Of a stretch of DNA of 64,000 nt, positions 38,801 through 51,746 are shown one piece after another. The DNA comes from Octopus sinensis (taxonomy: Eukaryota), in assembly GCF_006345805.1 (NCBI RefSeq), contig NW_021833026.1, positions 124,001-188,000 of the forward strand, given 5' to 3'. Every line of letters starts with the position of its first letter. The first letter of the stretch is position 1. A program made the translations under genes and the position numbers. Below the pieces are notes generated by a model. That model made no database searches, had not been told where the DNA came from, and worked only from the letters and a program-made list of their open reading frames with translations.

Positions 38801-38999
38801 CTCTGGCAATGCTCGCAGATCGAGAAAAGAGTATAGTTTAATTAGCTTAACACAAACAACATTCGAGAAACTAGCGCTTAGGGGACTTGAAAACGGGATC
38901 CACGAAAGTCTCAACTGCAGTTTTGTCTGGAAGATTTTTCTTATCTCCCTCAACGAATTCGAGTTTTCGATAGAATCGCGTTTATCGTGACAACACTTC

Positions 39000-40198
39000 G
39001 CTTATGAAGTCCTCCAGCGGAATGCCAGTTTGTTGGCAAATCGTCTGGTTTTTTCGAGTTTGGCGATTAGACGGTCCTCTTCGTCTGTTTGATACTAGCC
39101 CTCCAATCCATATATTAGTAAACGCTGAACGCAGGTACGGTAAAAGTGAAGAAACGTTTCCGTGTTAAGACGGAAACACTTCAGTCATTTCAGGATCTTC
39201 GCACATTTATTGTTTACACTTTGCGTTTACATGTTTGTAGAACCCAGTGATGTCTACTGTTACTCCCCAGTAGTGTAAATTCCTCGATATAATTAGCTTT
39301 CCATAATCTTCGAACGTCGGTTTTTAGTCTCAGCCAATTGAATTTCAGCAAATAGTGTTTTTTGTTTCTGCGAGATTTAAGTCTTTATTTCTGCATCACA
39401 TTTCTGATTCCACCAGATACCGTTCAAGTCTGCTCCTGTGTCTGGGTCCCCACATTGCAGATCGAGTTTGTTTTCTTTCTCGGACTTTTTTCTTTCTCAT
39501 TTACAATTTATTTTTGTACTTAAAAAATATTTCAAACATCCAGATCTTGAGTATCTTGAGTGATGGACTCTCATTTCCTTTTTCATCTCCTTATAATGGC
39601 ATCTGCAGCAATGCAAAACTCTGGAAGGAATGGCTATCATATGGATCAGGAATGTTCAACTCCGAACAAGACTTTACAATGCCTTTGTGAGACCCGTGTT
39701 AATGTATAACTCCTCCACTTGGGGTTGCACAGATACGGAACAGACACGTCTTAAGTTTCCACCGAGGACAATTGAGAAAACTGTTCAAAATGCAGTGGCC
39801 CTATAGAATATCCCGCGGACTGCCGAATGCCAGTCGTTATACAGAAAGTGTTCTACAAGGCCACTTTGTATTGACATTGCTGAATCCCGCTCTGGAAGCT
39901 AATTGGACACATACTGCAAATGGACCACTCCGCACCCGCAAATACGGTGATGGACGATTACTTCCAATGCGACAAACCAGGGTTCCGGGGACGCCTACGC
40001 ATTAGGTTACCTGTCGTTCTGAACGTGGACCTAGCCTAAATCAAATCCTGTCTCAAGACCGGTGATCAATTAGATAAGCTGCGGCTTACAGCGCTTAACC
40101 GAGGAAAATGAAGGATACTTGCTACTAACATTTTTTTAGGTGTTGCACATGTGGGACTATTATTATTGCCCTACAACAAGTGCGTTAATAATAATAAT
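39000..40198. mobile_element. RTE 3' end (+, 39595-40198) preceded by a probable inverted RTE linker segment
   Basis: RLYNAFVRPVLMYNSSTWG and GHILQMDHSAPANTVMDDYF, with a (TAA)n tail at about 40186-40198. The upstream part resembles the EN-RT linker only weakly, on the minus strand. Confidence 0.6.
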
Positions 40199-40809
40199 CT
40201 ACTTATGAGCACTCCAAATTTTTTTAAAGAGAAGTTAATTTATGGACAGTTAGAAAAGGGAAAAAGATTGTTGAAGACTGTGCAGTTTAGGGCGCCCTCT
40301 CAGCCTCACGGATTCCAAAGCAGTTGCCGCGGATTACGACATTGGAGAGGCGTTGAAGAAGCACTCCAAATTAATTTTCGGAAAAATAAACTCAAAATCA
40401 TCTTAAATATATTTTATTACAAAACCTTTTCTTAATGTCTCAAAGCTCTTTTGTCCTGAGTATTCAGGAATCCCTGAATATCTATAGAACAGACTAACCT
40501 AGAAAACATTAGCCTTTCAAAAATTGCTCTCTGATAAATATTTTTTTAGTCATAACAATTAATTAATCTAAAAATATTTCTAGAGACCACGTTAAGAAAC
40601 AGTGTCCTAGATAAAATGAGTATATGAAACTAGAGCAATTCGTCTGTGACGTAAAATGTCTAAAAGTGCTTTTTGTCAGTGACGGCTGTCAAAAATGCTT
40701 GCACTCTGCCAAAAGTCAACGAGGAATAGAAATATTCATCCTCTTTTCTAGTTTTGATTTCTTTATTAGTTCAGATTATATAATAATAAAATAATAAATG
40801 TGTTTAGTT

Positions 40810-41490
40810 AAATCATTTTTTTGACTGAAATGCATAGTTGGACATTTCCCAGTATTCTCAGGAATAGAGAACAGAATATGAGGATCTACATCAGAAATAA
40901 CCCGAGTACAATCGTAGCGACAATATCCGAGGAGGGCCGTTTGAAAATACAAATCACAAAAGCGACCGAATAGCACAACGTGATAATAAACTGAATCGTC
41001 AGTTGTCCCAAAGCATAGTGGAGTTGTTTTACTTTTGACGCCAATTCAATATACTCACACACAAAAAACAAAAAAGTCGAGAAAAAGGAGGCAATGAGGG
41101 CGAATTCCACGAGAGGAATCAACAGAATGCCACTCACACCGGAAGCAATAAGGATACTCACATCAAGGATCTATAATTTTGAGTCAGACAAGTAACTGTA
41201 ATGACGAACAGGAAGAGTTTCTTTTTACGTTGTAAATTATATTTGGAGAATGTTGCCTCTAATTCAAAGCTCGAATTACCATTTATATCATCTGTATACA
41301 TACTAAACTGGCTGGAATGGCCAATGTTCATTATAGCATGTATTTATGTGGTTAATTGACGTTCGTTGTGGTCATTTTTTCTCCACTTCCCACTTGGCGA
41401 TTTTGGTATGTTCCAATTGTTAATTTTTTGATGCTGACCATCCTGATCAGTATTTCTGTGCAACAAAGGAGCTTTGGAAAACTCATCTTA
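40810..41490 (-). CDS. Hypothetical multi-pass membrane protein, multi-exon
   Basis: Several hydrophobic segments (LFLFVITILDVSILIASGVSGILLIPLVEFALIASFFSTFLFFV; IQFIITLCYSVAFVICIF) joined by plausible 24-26 nt GT-AG introns. Ends uncertain. Confidence 0.45.
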
Positions 41491-41527
41491 TTGTAGTTTA
41501 AGATATGTTTATCTTGTTAGTTTTTTG

Positions 41528-43327
41528 CAGGGTTGTTAAAAATCATGATTTTTTTCAAAAAAATCAAAAAAATCTGATTTTTTGATTTAATCACGATTTT
41601 TTTGATTTAAATCAGATTTTTTGAATTAAATGATCTTTATTTCAAAACGACCCTTTCCACCTGGCTTATCAGAGAACCTCTCTCTTTGTACATAAACACT
41701 GAAAAACGGCCACGCAGAACGATCTATCGTAGTTCCTTATGTCCACCGGGATCACTTAACTAGTTTGCATTACGCTTTCTTTCTTTGTGGTCTTCGGGTT
41801 AATAAATAAAAAAATATTTCAAAGCGAACTAAAATAAAAAACAAAAACAATGGAAATCGTTTTTATTTATTTAAAAGCTTGTAAATGGAAACAAGTTTGG
41901 CTGCTTTTTCGATCCCCAGCCTCAACATTTGAAGAAGATTTCCCACTACATGTCGGGTCGATCAAATTCGCAAGTAAGTGGAAAGGTGTTAATGCTTGTT
42001 TTGCTCGAATTCTCACTTTTCCTAAAATATTCGTACATCCATTGTCAATATATGTCTGTTCAAGTTCTTTCCAAATTTCTACAGCATGACTAATCGTGGT
42101 AGAATCATTCTGAATTTTATCTAAAGCGACAGCAATTGGTTTAATAAGCATCAGATATTCTTCAACGCGTCGTTTTAGGGAAATATTTTGGACCTTGGGA
42201 AAAATCTCTGTATCAATATCCGTTCTGTGTTCCTCACAAGTTCTCAAAATAATAGACCAATTATCTAGATAAGATTGAAAACAGTCTGATAAAGTGTTCC
42301 ACCGTACATCAATCGGAAGAACGAGTTTTTTTCCTCCATTAGATTTGTACCATGCAGCTGGAAGATGGACGTTTCGGAAATATTTATTGATTGTTACAAT
42401 AGTTCCTTTAACGTCCGCTACCTCGACATCCTTCACAAGAAGGTTGAGATAATGTGCCGAGCAACCATAAGTAATTATTTCATTGCCATCTTCCATCATT
42501 ATCCGTCTCATTTTAGTCATGTTGGCAGCATTATCCGTTACAAGACTGCCGATTTTACATCCAAACCGTTGTTCAGCCAATTGTGCGGAGGCTAAAGCAA
42601 CAGATTGAAGATATTCCGCAGTGTGGCTATATCCAGAAGTGTCCACAGTGTCAATGAGATAATTTTCCCCATCTGATGTCACAACCGAGACACAAATAAC
42701 GGGTTCATTATGAATGTTGCTCCACCCGTCCAACATCATAGACACTGTTTTGTCCTGGAGTCTTTGTCGACAGTCTTCATGTATTTGGTCGTACACATGA
42801 TCAAGTAATGTACCACCAATTTGATGACGAGAGGGTAAACGATACCCAGGAAGAAGCATTTGGACGAATTTGACAAATTCGGGATGTTCTACAGCAGCAA
42901 ACGGAGTGTTTGTAGAAAATATGTATCTAGCGAGTTGCAGATCCATCAAATCTTTCTTAGATGAAGTCGTCGTAGTTACGAAATTGATTAATGAATGGTC
43001 CTTCATCCTTGGAGGAAATTCGCTTTCAGGTCTCGGCATATTTTCAGGGATATCAATATTACTTCGACATAATAAATGATGCTGCCTCATCCGAGATACA
43101 AGACCTTGTATGTCCTTCCCACAATTACGACATCTGGCACGGCTTCCGGTCTTTCCAGGAATAATACGTTTATCAAAATAAGCCCACAAAGAATCACGCT
43201 TTCTTCCAGACATTTAAAAAAATTTAAATGATTTTTTTGATTTTTTTGATTTTTTTTTTTTTTAATGATTTAAATCATTGATTTTTATTGTTGATTAAAA
43301 TCAAATGATTTAAATCTAACAACCCTG
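41528..43327 (-). mobile_element. hAT transposon with BED-finger transposase and internal 3' deletion
   Basis: TIRs CAGGGTTGTTA plus GATTTAAATC subterminal repeats; degenerate 8-bp TSD (GTTTTTTG / GTTTTGTA). ORF 43213-41867 has W-x-Y-F...CRNC...HH (BED), MLDGWSN, VTDNAAN, CSAHYLNL and DVRWN. The true C-terminus (RLGIEKAAKLV) lies out of frame after a deletion. Confidence 0.9.
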
Positions 43328-44997
43328 GTTTTGTATCCTTTTTATTTTAATGTACAAACATTATAGTGTTAAATATTGCTGGTCGTGACGAGAACAGTTG
43401 GTATTGTTTTCATTTATGTCTTTTTTTTAAATCTAACGTTTCTTTGATTATAAAACAAATTTCTATAATTTGATTTGATCTATCTTTAAAATTTTCGAGT
43501 AAAATAAAGGAAAATCAGTTTACTTGTATTCATAACAAAATTAAGTGATCAATTCTTCCAACCTTTTTTGCGACGATCGGTGCCAGGAATATCCGGGAAG
43601 AAAAGACATTGAGCACTCCCGTGATTGGTTCTATAACGAGATTCCACGCTCAATTCTGAAATGTGAAAATTGAGAGTTCCCCAAAAAGCTTACACCTCTG
43701 GTGAGGTATATCCGCCGTCACTCTTTTAGAATTAGCAAACAAACAGAGCATGTGCGATTATCAAATGAATCAGCCGAAATATGATTGAAAATTTTCATCA
43801 AGACAAACATGTCGTCGAGCACAAAAAATCATTTTATTGATTTTTTATTTTTTTTTCTAACATGATTAGAAATTGTTACTTTGTTTACTAAAATTCCATC
43901 GCCTAAAAATCGGGAAAAAATTTCTTTTATTGTTAGTAAATTTTAACAATAGTATTTTAATGCAATTCCGGATGACAACAACATCCTGTAATTGACCAGT
44001 CAAAGTGAACTTTTTTTTTACTTTTTACAATGTAGGCCTTTACTGACGCGATCAAATTGTCCACATCGCAATAGTAGAATTTGCTGAGTAATCAACAATT
44101 ATGAAACAAATTCCTATAAGCTATTAATGAAATAGACAACAATCTTTTATGATTTCATCAACATGCAAGCAAATAACCGATGCTGTGGTGTAGAATAAAC
44201 CTTTGTACAAGTGACAAGGAGATTCTCTGTGGGATAGCTAATATCTTGCATCAGAAAAACTAGAAATCTCGTCCCATGTACGTGGGGTTTGTTAACAACT
44301 ATAAAGACTACTTTTCCAATAAAAAGTGGACCAAGCAAACAGATCAGCCTAATTCTTAAACGATAATCAGCCAACTTATTGAGATCAAATTCTTCAAAAC
44401 ATTAGGGGCTCTTGATTTTTCGGGCTCTTAATGCATGCAGTTATCAGTTCCAAATTTGCGATTTTGTTTTTTGTTTTTTTATTAATTACTCAACTACAAT
44501 TTACACGACTTGTACATCTGCAAAGATTTCAGATGTACGTATGTTCATTGTAGACACTCTGTAGACTTAAAATTCGGTACATCCAAGGGATAACTATAGC
44601 GGGCTTCAAACCAATGCCAGAAACTACCAATAAAAAACCTCTCTGGTCAGACAGGAAAGTTCAATCGCGAATGCCTTCTACTATCCTTTTCGGGTTCAAG
44701 CACGTTACGTTCCGAACCAGACAGTTTCTTTGTTCGCAGGGAAACGCTAATTCGGATATTTTCTCGGATCACAAAATTCAAAATAAAAATGGTAATCAAT
44801 AAATCTGGCTTCTCGTTTGAAAAAAAGAAACGATTCACTATTTATGAAAGCAATTTACTATTGATTGAAATATAATTCAGAATAAAAGGTTTATTTGACT
44901 AGTTTGATTGTTTGCAGATAACCATGGCCTTATCAATGACTATAGCGAAGGAAACTCGCTCGGCCAGATACCGTTGCTCTGATGAGTCACCGCTATT

Positions 44998-47900
44998 ATT
45001 ATTATTTTAGCACATTCCGTAGGGATATAAACAGAAAAGAGTTATATTCCTACACGTGCCACATACGACCTTCTGTATCAACGATTTCCAGCTCCCGCGG
45101 TTTTGGGTCAGTATCCGAAGTTCGTCAAGATCATCACAGGTCTTCAGGGTTTTCTTTAAAAGCCTCAAGTCGTCTTGCAGAACAACCGGTAGGGTTGTTC
45201 TAGGTCAGGGGTCGGCAGGATTTTTGTCTTCGCGGGCCAAAATTTTATTTTTGTATGCGATCCGGGCCAAACGAGAAAAAATCCTTATTGGTCACAAAAA
45301 TAAGGCAACGCTTGCACATTGCGATCTTTCTTTATCAAGTTTTTTTTGCAACTTTCTTACGAAATAAAAATTTATCAGTTAAAAATGATTATAAAGTGAA
45401 TTTATTTTACTCATTAATCTGACTAGTTGCTAAACGTAATATATCGTTAAGATGTGAATCGATAATCCTCGTTCTCAGACAATTTTTTACATTATTCATT
45501 TTAGAGAATAACTGTTCACATAAAAATGTGCTTCCAAATATACAAGCCATTTTCTTTTATAAATTCTCCATCTGAAAATGGTTTCATTCGTTTCGCAATT
45601 ATCTTTGAAATTTCGTAACTTGTACGTGTGATATCATCTTTTTCACAACTCAAATTATAAAAAAATGTTGTTTGCTTTTGGTAATTTTGTTCGAGTCTCT
45701 TAATTTCCTTTAAGCGAGATTCTCCTGTAAACTTGCTGAATTTTTCGTAATGTCGAGTTTCATAATGTCGCTTGATGTTATAAGTTTTTTGACAGCAACT
45801 TTTTCGAAACATATTAAGCATATAGGTTTTCCATAATCCTCAATAAAGAAATATTCATGAGTCCAATCTGGATTAAACGTACGAGTTTGAAGATCTTTAG
45901 TTCTTTTCGAACAATTCGGCATTCAAATTCACCACACAAAATTATTAACACGTTTATAAATTTATTTAATTTTTAATAATAGATAAAATGTATGTATAAA
46001 TCTATATTACTAAAAGTCTAGTACTTTACTAAATTTGCCCGCGGGCCATGTTAGTTGGAAAAATTTGTCTGCGGGCCAATTTCCCTTAGTATTATAAAAT
46101 TTGTTCGCAGGCCATTTTTGAATCTTCCTGGGCCTAATTTGGCCCGCGGGCCGCGATTTGCCGACCCCTGTTCTAGGTCTTCCTCGGAATTTTACATCAT
46201 CTGATAGGAAGTATTCTTCCATGGTCACGTAGAGAGGTGAAGTTGGATCCATCCTCAAGATGTGTCCAAATAGTCTCCAGCGACCATTTACGATGTCCCG
46301 GCTAATTGGCCCCGATTTGCCGATCTTGTAAATAGTCGAGTTGATTATTTTCTTCGGCCAGTGTAGGCAGTTTAGGGAACGAAGCTGGTTTCTGTGGAAA
46401 GAATCGAGGTTTTTTAAATCTGAATCAGAAATGCCCCATGTTGAGGAGTTGTAGAGTAGTACAGGTTTGACGAAAGCGTTGTAGACTCTAGAGCGTAGTG
46501 ATGGGCACATCGGGCAGTGTCGTAACCAATTCTTCATGACAGTTTTTAGAGCAACAGCAGCCAGTGTTTTTCTACTCATTATGTCCTCCCGGTCACCAAG
46601 CAGTGAGCCAAGCTTCTTGGATAGTCTCCATGTTTTTATAAGTTGAGTGTCTGAGCGTAATATCTCAACAACTTCCGTCTTGTCCGGATTCATTTTTAGA
46701 AACCATTCCCCGAGTTTTCCTAGTGCAATCTCCAGCAGTCTAGCCAATGGTGATCTGTCGCTCGACACGAAGTCGACATAAGCCGCGTAGTTGATTTCGG
46801 TGATTGACTCCCCGTATAGGCTTCTCAGCTCTTGTAAGACAGCTTCGAGGTAAATCACGAAGAGCAGTGGTGAAAGGGAGTCACCCTGACGAGTTCCCAT
46901 ATTTGTTAAGAAGGGTCTGGACAAAGTCCTTCCAAGGCGGACAGTAAGTTCCGTGTTTGGCAGTAGTACTTGGATCATTTTGGTTTGATCCTCTTCTAAG
47001 AAACTCCGCAGGATCTTCATTAGCAGATCTCGGTGAATGCTGTCGAAAGCTCTTGACATATCGATTCCCAGGATGATTGCGGCACTTTTGAATCTTTGGT
47101 GGGCTGCACACCGCCATCGGTAGCCCCACAGAACGTCTGAAGTAGATCTTCTTTCTCTGAATCCGCTGTGGTTTGGCGACAGAAAGGTGTTCACTCTGTC
47201 CCTGATACGATCCAGCACGATTAATGAGAGAATCTTCCTCAGGAGGTTCAGCAGGATAACCGGGCGAAGGTTTTCTACGGGGCCAATAGGTTTGTTAGAT
47301 TTTTGAATAGGTATTAGAATCCCGGATCCGAGTGGGAGTAAGTCGTTTTCAGTGAACATATCAGTCAGAATGTTCGCTATATTGGTTAAGAAAAACTCGG
47401 GTCTGTATTTTAAAAGCTCCGTACTGATGTCGTCCGGCCCCGCAGCTTGATTGTTTTTTAGTCTGCTAGCTGCCTTTTTACCTTCATCCAGAGTAATTTT
47501 ATTCCTCAGAGGTCGTGTTGGCAGAGAAAGGTGATATCGGCTCCGTGTTCGTGTTGAATCGTTTTCCAAAGAAATCCGCCATAAAGCTTACCAGATACTT
47601 CAGTTCCTTTGTTGGTTAGGAGTCGAAGTTTGGGGCTGCTTTTCTTCCTATTGAGCAGCCATAATGCTTGAAACATTTGTGCATTGTCCTTGAAAGATTC
47701 CAGCTCCTTAAGTCGGGAGGTCAGAGTATCCCGACTGTATTGGAGATTCAATCGCTTTATTTGTTTCTGAATAATTGCTTATTGGGCTTTCAGTGCATGT
47801 TTGGTATCCGGATCCGTAGTGTTCTCAATCGTCAACTTGAGCTACTTTTGTTCAGCCGATAGGGCGAAAACATCCGGATGGCATAGTCTGGTAGTGTTCT

Positions 47901-48929
47901 TGTTCTTTGGATGTTTTACAACACATTTATCTGTGGCCTGATGGATGCCATTAGACATAGTTTTCAGTCAGCATTAGTCCAGGCTTTATATATTTTTGAG
48001 TGATACTTTAATCGATAATTTGTAGATGTTTCGGGCCGATGGTGAGAAGACTAGTTTTTCCGTCAGATATCTGCCCGGTGTATGAGTTATTCGATGATTT
48101 GATTTTTTCAGCAAGTATGATCTGCAGATTGAATCTGCTGACGACGACCCTGTGGTCGCTGTCAACGAGTGATCCACTATAAGAGCGAGAGTCCAATAGG
48201 AGACATACATCTTTTTGTCGGCAGATGATGTAGTCAATTTGGTTATCGATAGGCACGCAGTTTTCATTTTTGTCACGTCGCCTTCTCGTCCAGGTGGATT
48301 TATGCCAAGCAGGATGCTCAAAAGCCGTGTTGCATAAGAAAAGTCCAAGCGTTTTGCAGAAGTTGGCTAATATGGTTCCTGGCAGGTTTCTATATCCTCT
48401 TCCGTGTCGTCCAATAAAGGTTTCTGTGACACAGCGAGTACCAGCTTTTGCGTTCCAGTCGCCGACTATGAATAGGAGTGTAGATGATTCTAAGAACAAA
48501 TATGTCCGACTCAGCATTCGTAGAATTTTTCGATATCGTCAGGAGCTTTGATGATTCTGCCGCTGTGAGGGGCGTATACATTGATAACTGATATAACCCC
48601 ATTAGTCCTTCCCTCTTTGCCGATTTGTACTTGGAGCACTGAGATTCTATCTGTCACTCTCCACCATTGTTTGAGTCCACACCATAGGCTTTTGTGAATC
48701 ACAAATCCTTGTCCGTAATGTCTGCAGTCAGGGGGTAGCAAGATCATTCGGTAGTTTCCGTATGTTAGGTCCATTCCCAACTTTAGTTTGATCTCTTGTA
48801 GGCATCCGATGTCAGCACGATACTTCTCCATGTCATTGAAAAGCGCTTCCTGTTTCCAGGTCTGGGAAGACCCCGAACATTGAAAGATAAGATCGATAGC
48901 CCATTCAGTTGTATTGTGTGTGTTTTAGA
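44998..48929 (-). mobile_element. Full-length RTE-like non-LTR retrotransposon (APE endonuclease + RT), decayed, about 3 kb without the nested hAT
   Basis: SFNVRG, CLQE, YAPHS, GDWNAK and DSDHR (endonuclease); IDMSRAFDS, QGDSLSP and WRLFGHILR (RT); (TAA)n tail; 10-bp TSD CACCGCTATT at 44988-44997 and 48930-48939. Confidence 0.92.
45206..46170 (-). mobile_element. Non-autonomous hAT (Buster/SPIN-like) nested in the RTE 3' end
   Basis: TIRs CAGGGGTCGGCA and a perfect 8-bp TSD TTCTAGGT (45198-45205, 46171-46178) that splits the RTE codons GRPR|T. Transposase N-terminus FNPDWTHEYFF...PICLIC...NIKRHYET. Confidence 0.92.
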
Positions 48930-49010
48930 CACCGCTATTTTAATTCGATTTCGACGCCAAAGATTAATAAAATGTAAATATTTTAAATTCCTAAATATTG
49001 AATTAAGCTG

Positions 49011-50018
49011 ATGATGTGAACCAACATCTTTTGCTTATTTTTAGACTTGAGTTTTTACTTGTCAACGCTTCTGCCTGTCTGTTTTACGCATATTTTTGCA
49101 GCAGAAGAACCAAATCCCTCAAAGGTCTCAACATAATCATAACTGGCGCCAGTTCTGGAATTGGCCGAGGTATATATTCGACTAATTTAAGCCTGCGCCT
49201 TCGAACTGTCTAAATCTGGGGCAAAACTATTTTTATGCGGAAGGAACCTAGAAATGCTAGAAGAGACAAAGCAAACATGTCTCAGTAACTGTCCTAATAT
49301 TCCCGAACCCGTCCTCTTCAATTTTGATCTGACCAAAGAGGAGGAAATTACGTCCGCCTCCGCCAAATTACTGGCACAAACTGAGGGGAAAGTCGACGTT
49401 CTTATTTGTAACGCCGGTCTTTCTTGCAGGGGTGCCACTCTGAGACTGACAGAGATGAGTGTCTACAGACATCTAATGCAAGTCAATTTCTTATCCAACG
49501 TGGTTCTGATTAAAAGTCAGTCTCACTCTTTTGACCTTCAGGCCTGATTGAAGATATGTTAAGAGGTGGGGGAGGTCATATCGTGGGGATAAGCAGTGTC
49601 CTCGGAAAGATAGCCATTCCAGAGATGGGACCTTGTTGATTTAGGATATGCTAATTCTTTAGATTCGGCCTCGAAATTCGCTTTTGAGGGATTTTTGGAC
49701 TCTTTGAGGGCGGAGGAGTCAAAGAATGGGATCAAAGTGACCGTGATTTCACCTTCCTATGTCAGAACCTCCATTTCTTCTAACGCAATGATCCCCGACG
49801 GAACCATTAATCAACGTCTGATATGTTAAATTGAGTGTCTAGAAAAGGATATGCCCGATAAGCCTGGAATGGAAGCTGATTACGTTGCAAAGGTTGTGGT
49901 GAGGAATATTGAGGTGGAAAATAATTCTCATGTTATTGTCGCTCCTCTTCGGTACCGCCTGGGAATCTACATTAAGCACCTATTCCCTGGTTTTATTGCC
50001 AGGCTATCTCGTAATTAA
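49011..50018 (+). CDS. DHRS7B: Short-chain dehydrogenase/reductase, DHRS7B-like
   Basis: N-terminal hydrophobic anchor, IITGASSGIGR, VDVLICNAG, ISSVLGK, catalytic YSASK and DSLRAE. Introns include 49016-49044 and 49170-49191. The paralogue call (7B versus 7 or 7C) is less sure than the family call. Confidence 0.85.
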
Positions 50019-50068
50019 TCAACTCTTTGTTTATCACTAATATAATGTTTGTTTTAAAGATCTAAAAG

Positions 50069-50869
50069 CAGCGGTCTCAAATGCGGCCCCCGGGATTTTT
50101 GCGGCCCCTTTAGAGTAACTAACTTTTTAATTTTTTAATAATGTTAAAATTTAATATTTATTCTTAGGTTAACATATCCATAATTGGTGATTTATTAATC
50201 AATTTGAAGCACGTTTTGGGTACATTTATATAAATTTAATTTTTAGAATTTTAAAGAATTCTTTCCTTTAGAATAGAATAGTATTTATTGACCGAAAAGA
50301 AAAAGAAAAACAAAAAAGAAATCATACGGGGATATAAAAACAAGGCACCGAAGTGTCTCTTTCCATGCGTATCCCCAATTGTAGTCATATTGACGACAAT
50401 TCTTTCCTTTAATGAAAATATTTGCAACTCCTTCAGCGTGGAAATTAAGGATGCGCCTGCAAAGTTTCAACTAGAACTCATTAATTTACAACATGATATA
50501 GATTCTGGCAGCATTGTTAAAAATGCGTCCATTATTAATTTTTACGAATTAATTCCTCAAGACAAATTCAAAAAATTCTACGTCAGCTTTACGAACTTTT
50601 TCGATTTTACTTAATAACTTAATAAACAAATAATACTTTCTTTTTAGTTACAACGCCTTTTGTAGATTTTTTAGCTTTTATTTCTTTATAAAGGAAATGG
50701 AAATTAAAAAAAAAGAGTCCAAAAACTCATTACGCATCAGCAGTGGCTGCATTTCGGATTGCAAGTGAGTTACCGGCTTGGAAAATATATAAAATATTTT
50801 TTGTGCGGCCCGCGAAGCTAATCTTAATTATCGATTTGGCCCTTGAGCTAAAAAGGTTGAGAACCCCTG
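50069..50869 (+). mobile_element. Non-autonomous hAT, longer relative of the 15161 element
   Basis: Same TIRs and interior as 15161-15681; near-TSD ATCTAAAAG / ATCTAAAG. Confidence 0.85.
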
Positions 50870-51746
50870 ATCTAAAGAATGCATTAAGCACACCACACGG
50901 TGTCATATATACTTAGTGATTGATCTTGCTAAACCGAGGATTAACAAAACCCAAATTCTGTTCACTAATTCAGGTGTTCGTCCGCAGACCGGCACAAGCA
51001 ATTACCAAATATTTGTCACTCCTCTTTTGATGCTGAATTTTTATATTTGAAATATCTATGAATTAAAATGTCAAAAAGTCGCTTTAAGTTAGTAGTCAAA
51101 AAATCTTAGGCCTCCATCGAATTATTATGTCACATGCACAACGCGCCCTACGCCCTGAGCGCACATTATTGATTCGCTAATAAATATACCGATTCAAAAG
51201 GCCAATTAAAATAAAGGCAAACGTTCCGAACTAATGATTGAACTTTAAATTTTTGAAAAAATGATGTTTTATATTTGAACCATGTTTGCTTTAAAATAGT
51301 AAAATTATTTACAACATTAGCAAATTATAATGTGAATTATTTTTTTGATATTATAAATTGCAACATTAGCAAATTATAATTTACATCAAATTTTTTGGCA
51401 AGTTTGTAACAACTTTAACTCTAACCTTAACTTTAACTCTAACTATAAATGATTTCAACGTTATTTATAAACATATTCATCATAAAAAAGACACTAAAGA
51501 AAACAGACCCTAACCCTAATGCCTGACCCTAAAACTGACGCTAACCCTGACCCAAACCCCTAACCCTGACCCTAATATGATTTAACGGCATTCACCACTT
51601 TGACGGCTCGTTAACGGCTCGTATTCAACCGGTCACATTCTTATATAACTTCTTTGTTTTGGAAAACCAAACGTGAACAATTCATAGTATATAGCGTGCG
51701 TAATATTAATTAAAATTGAAAAAAAGATATTAACGATTAATAAATA

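Noticed and set aside
40810-41490. Adenylyl cyclase N-terminus (SFELEATFSKY followed by TM helices)
   Set aside because: The resemblance is weak and no cyclase domain follows.
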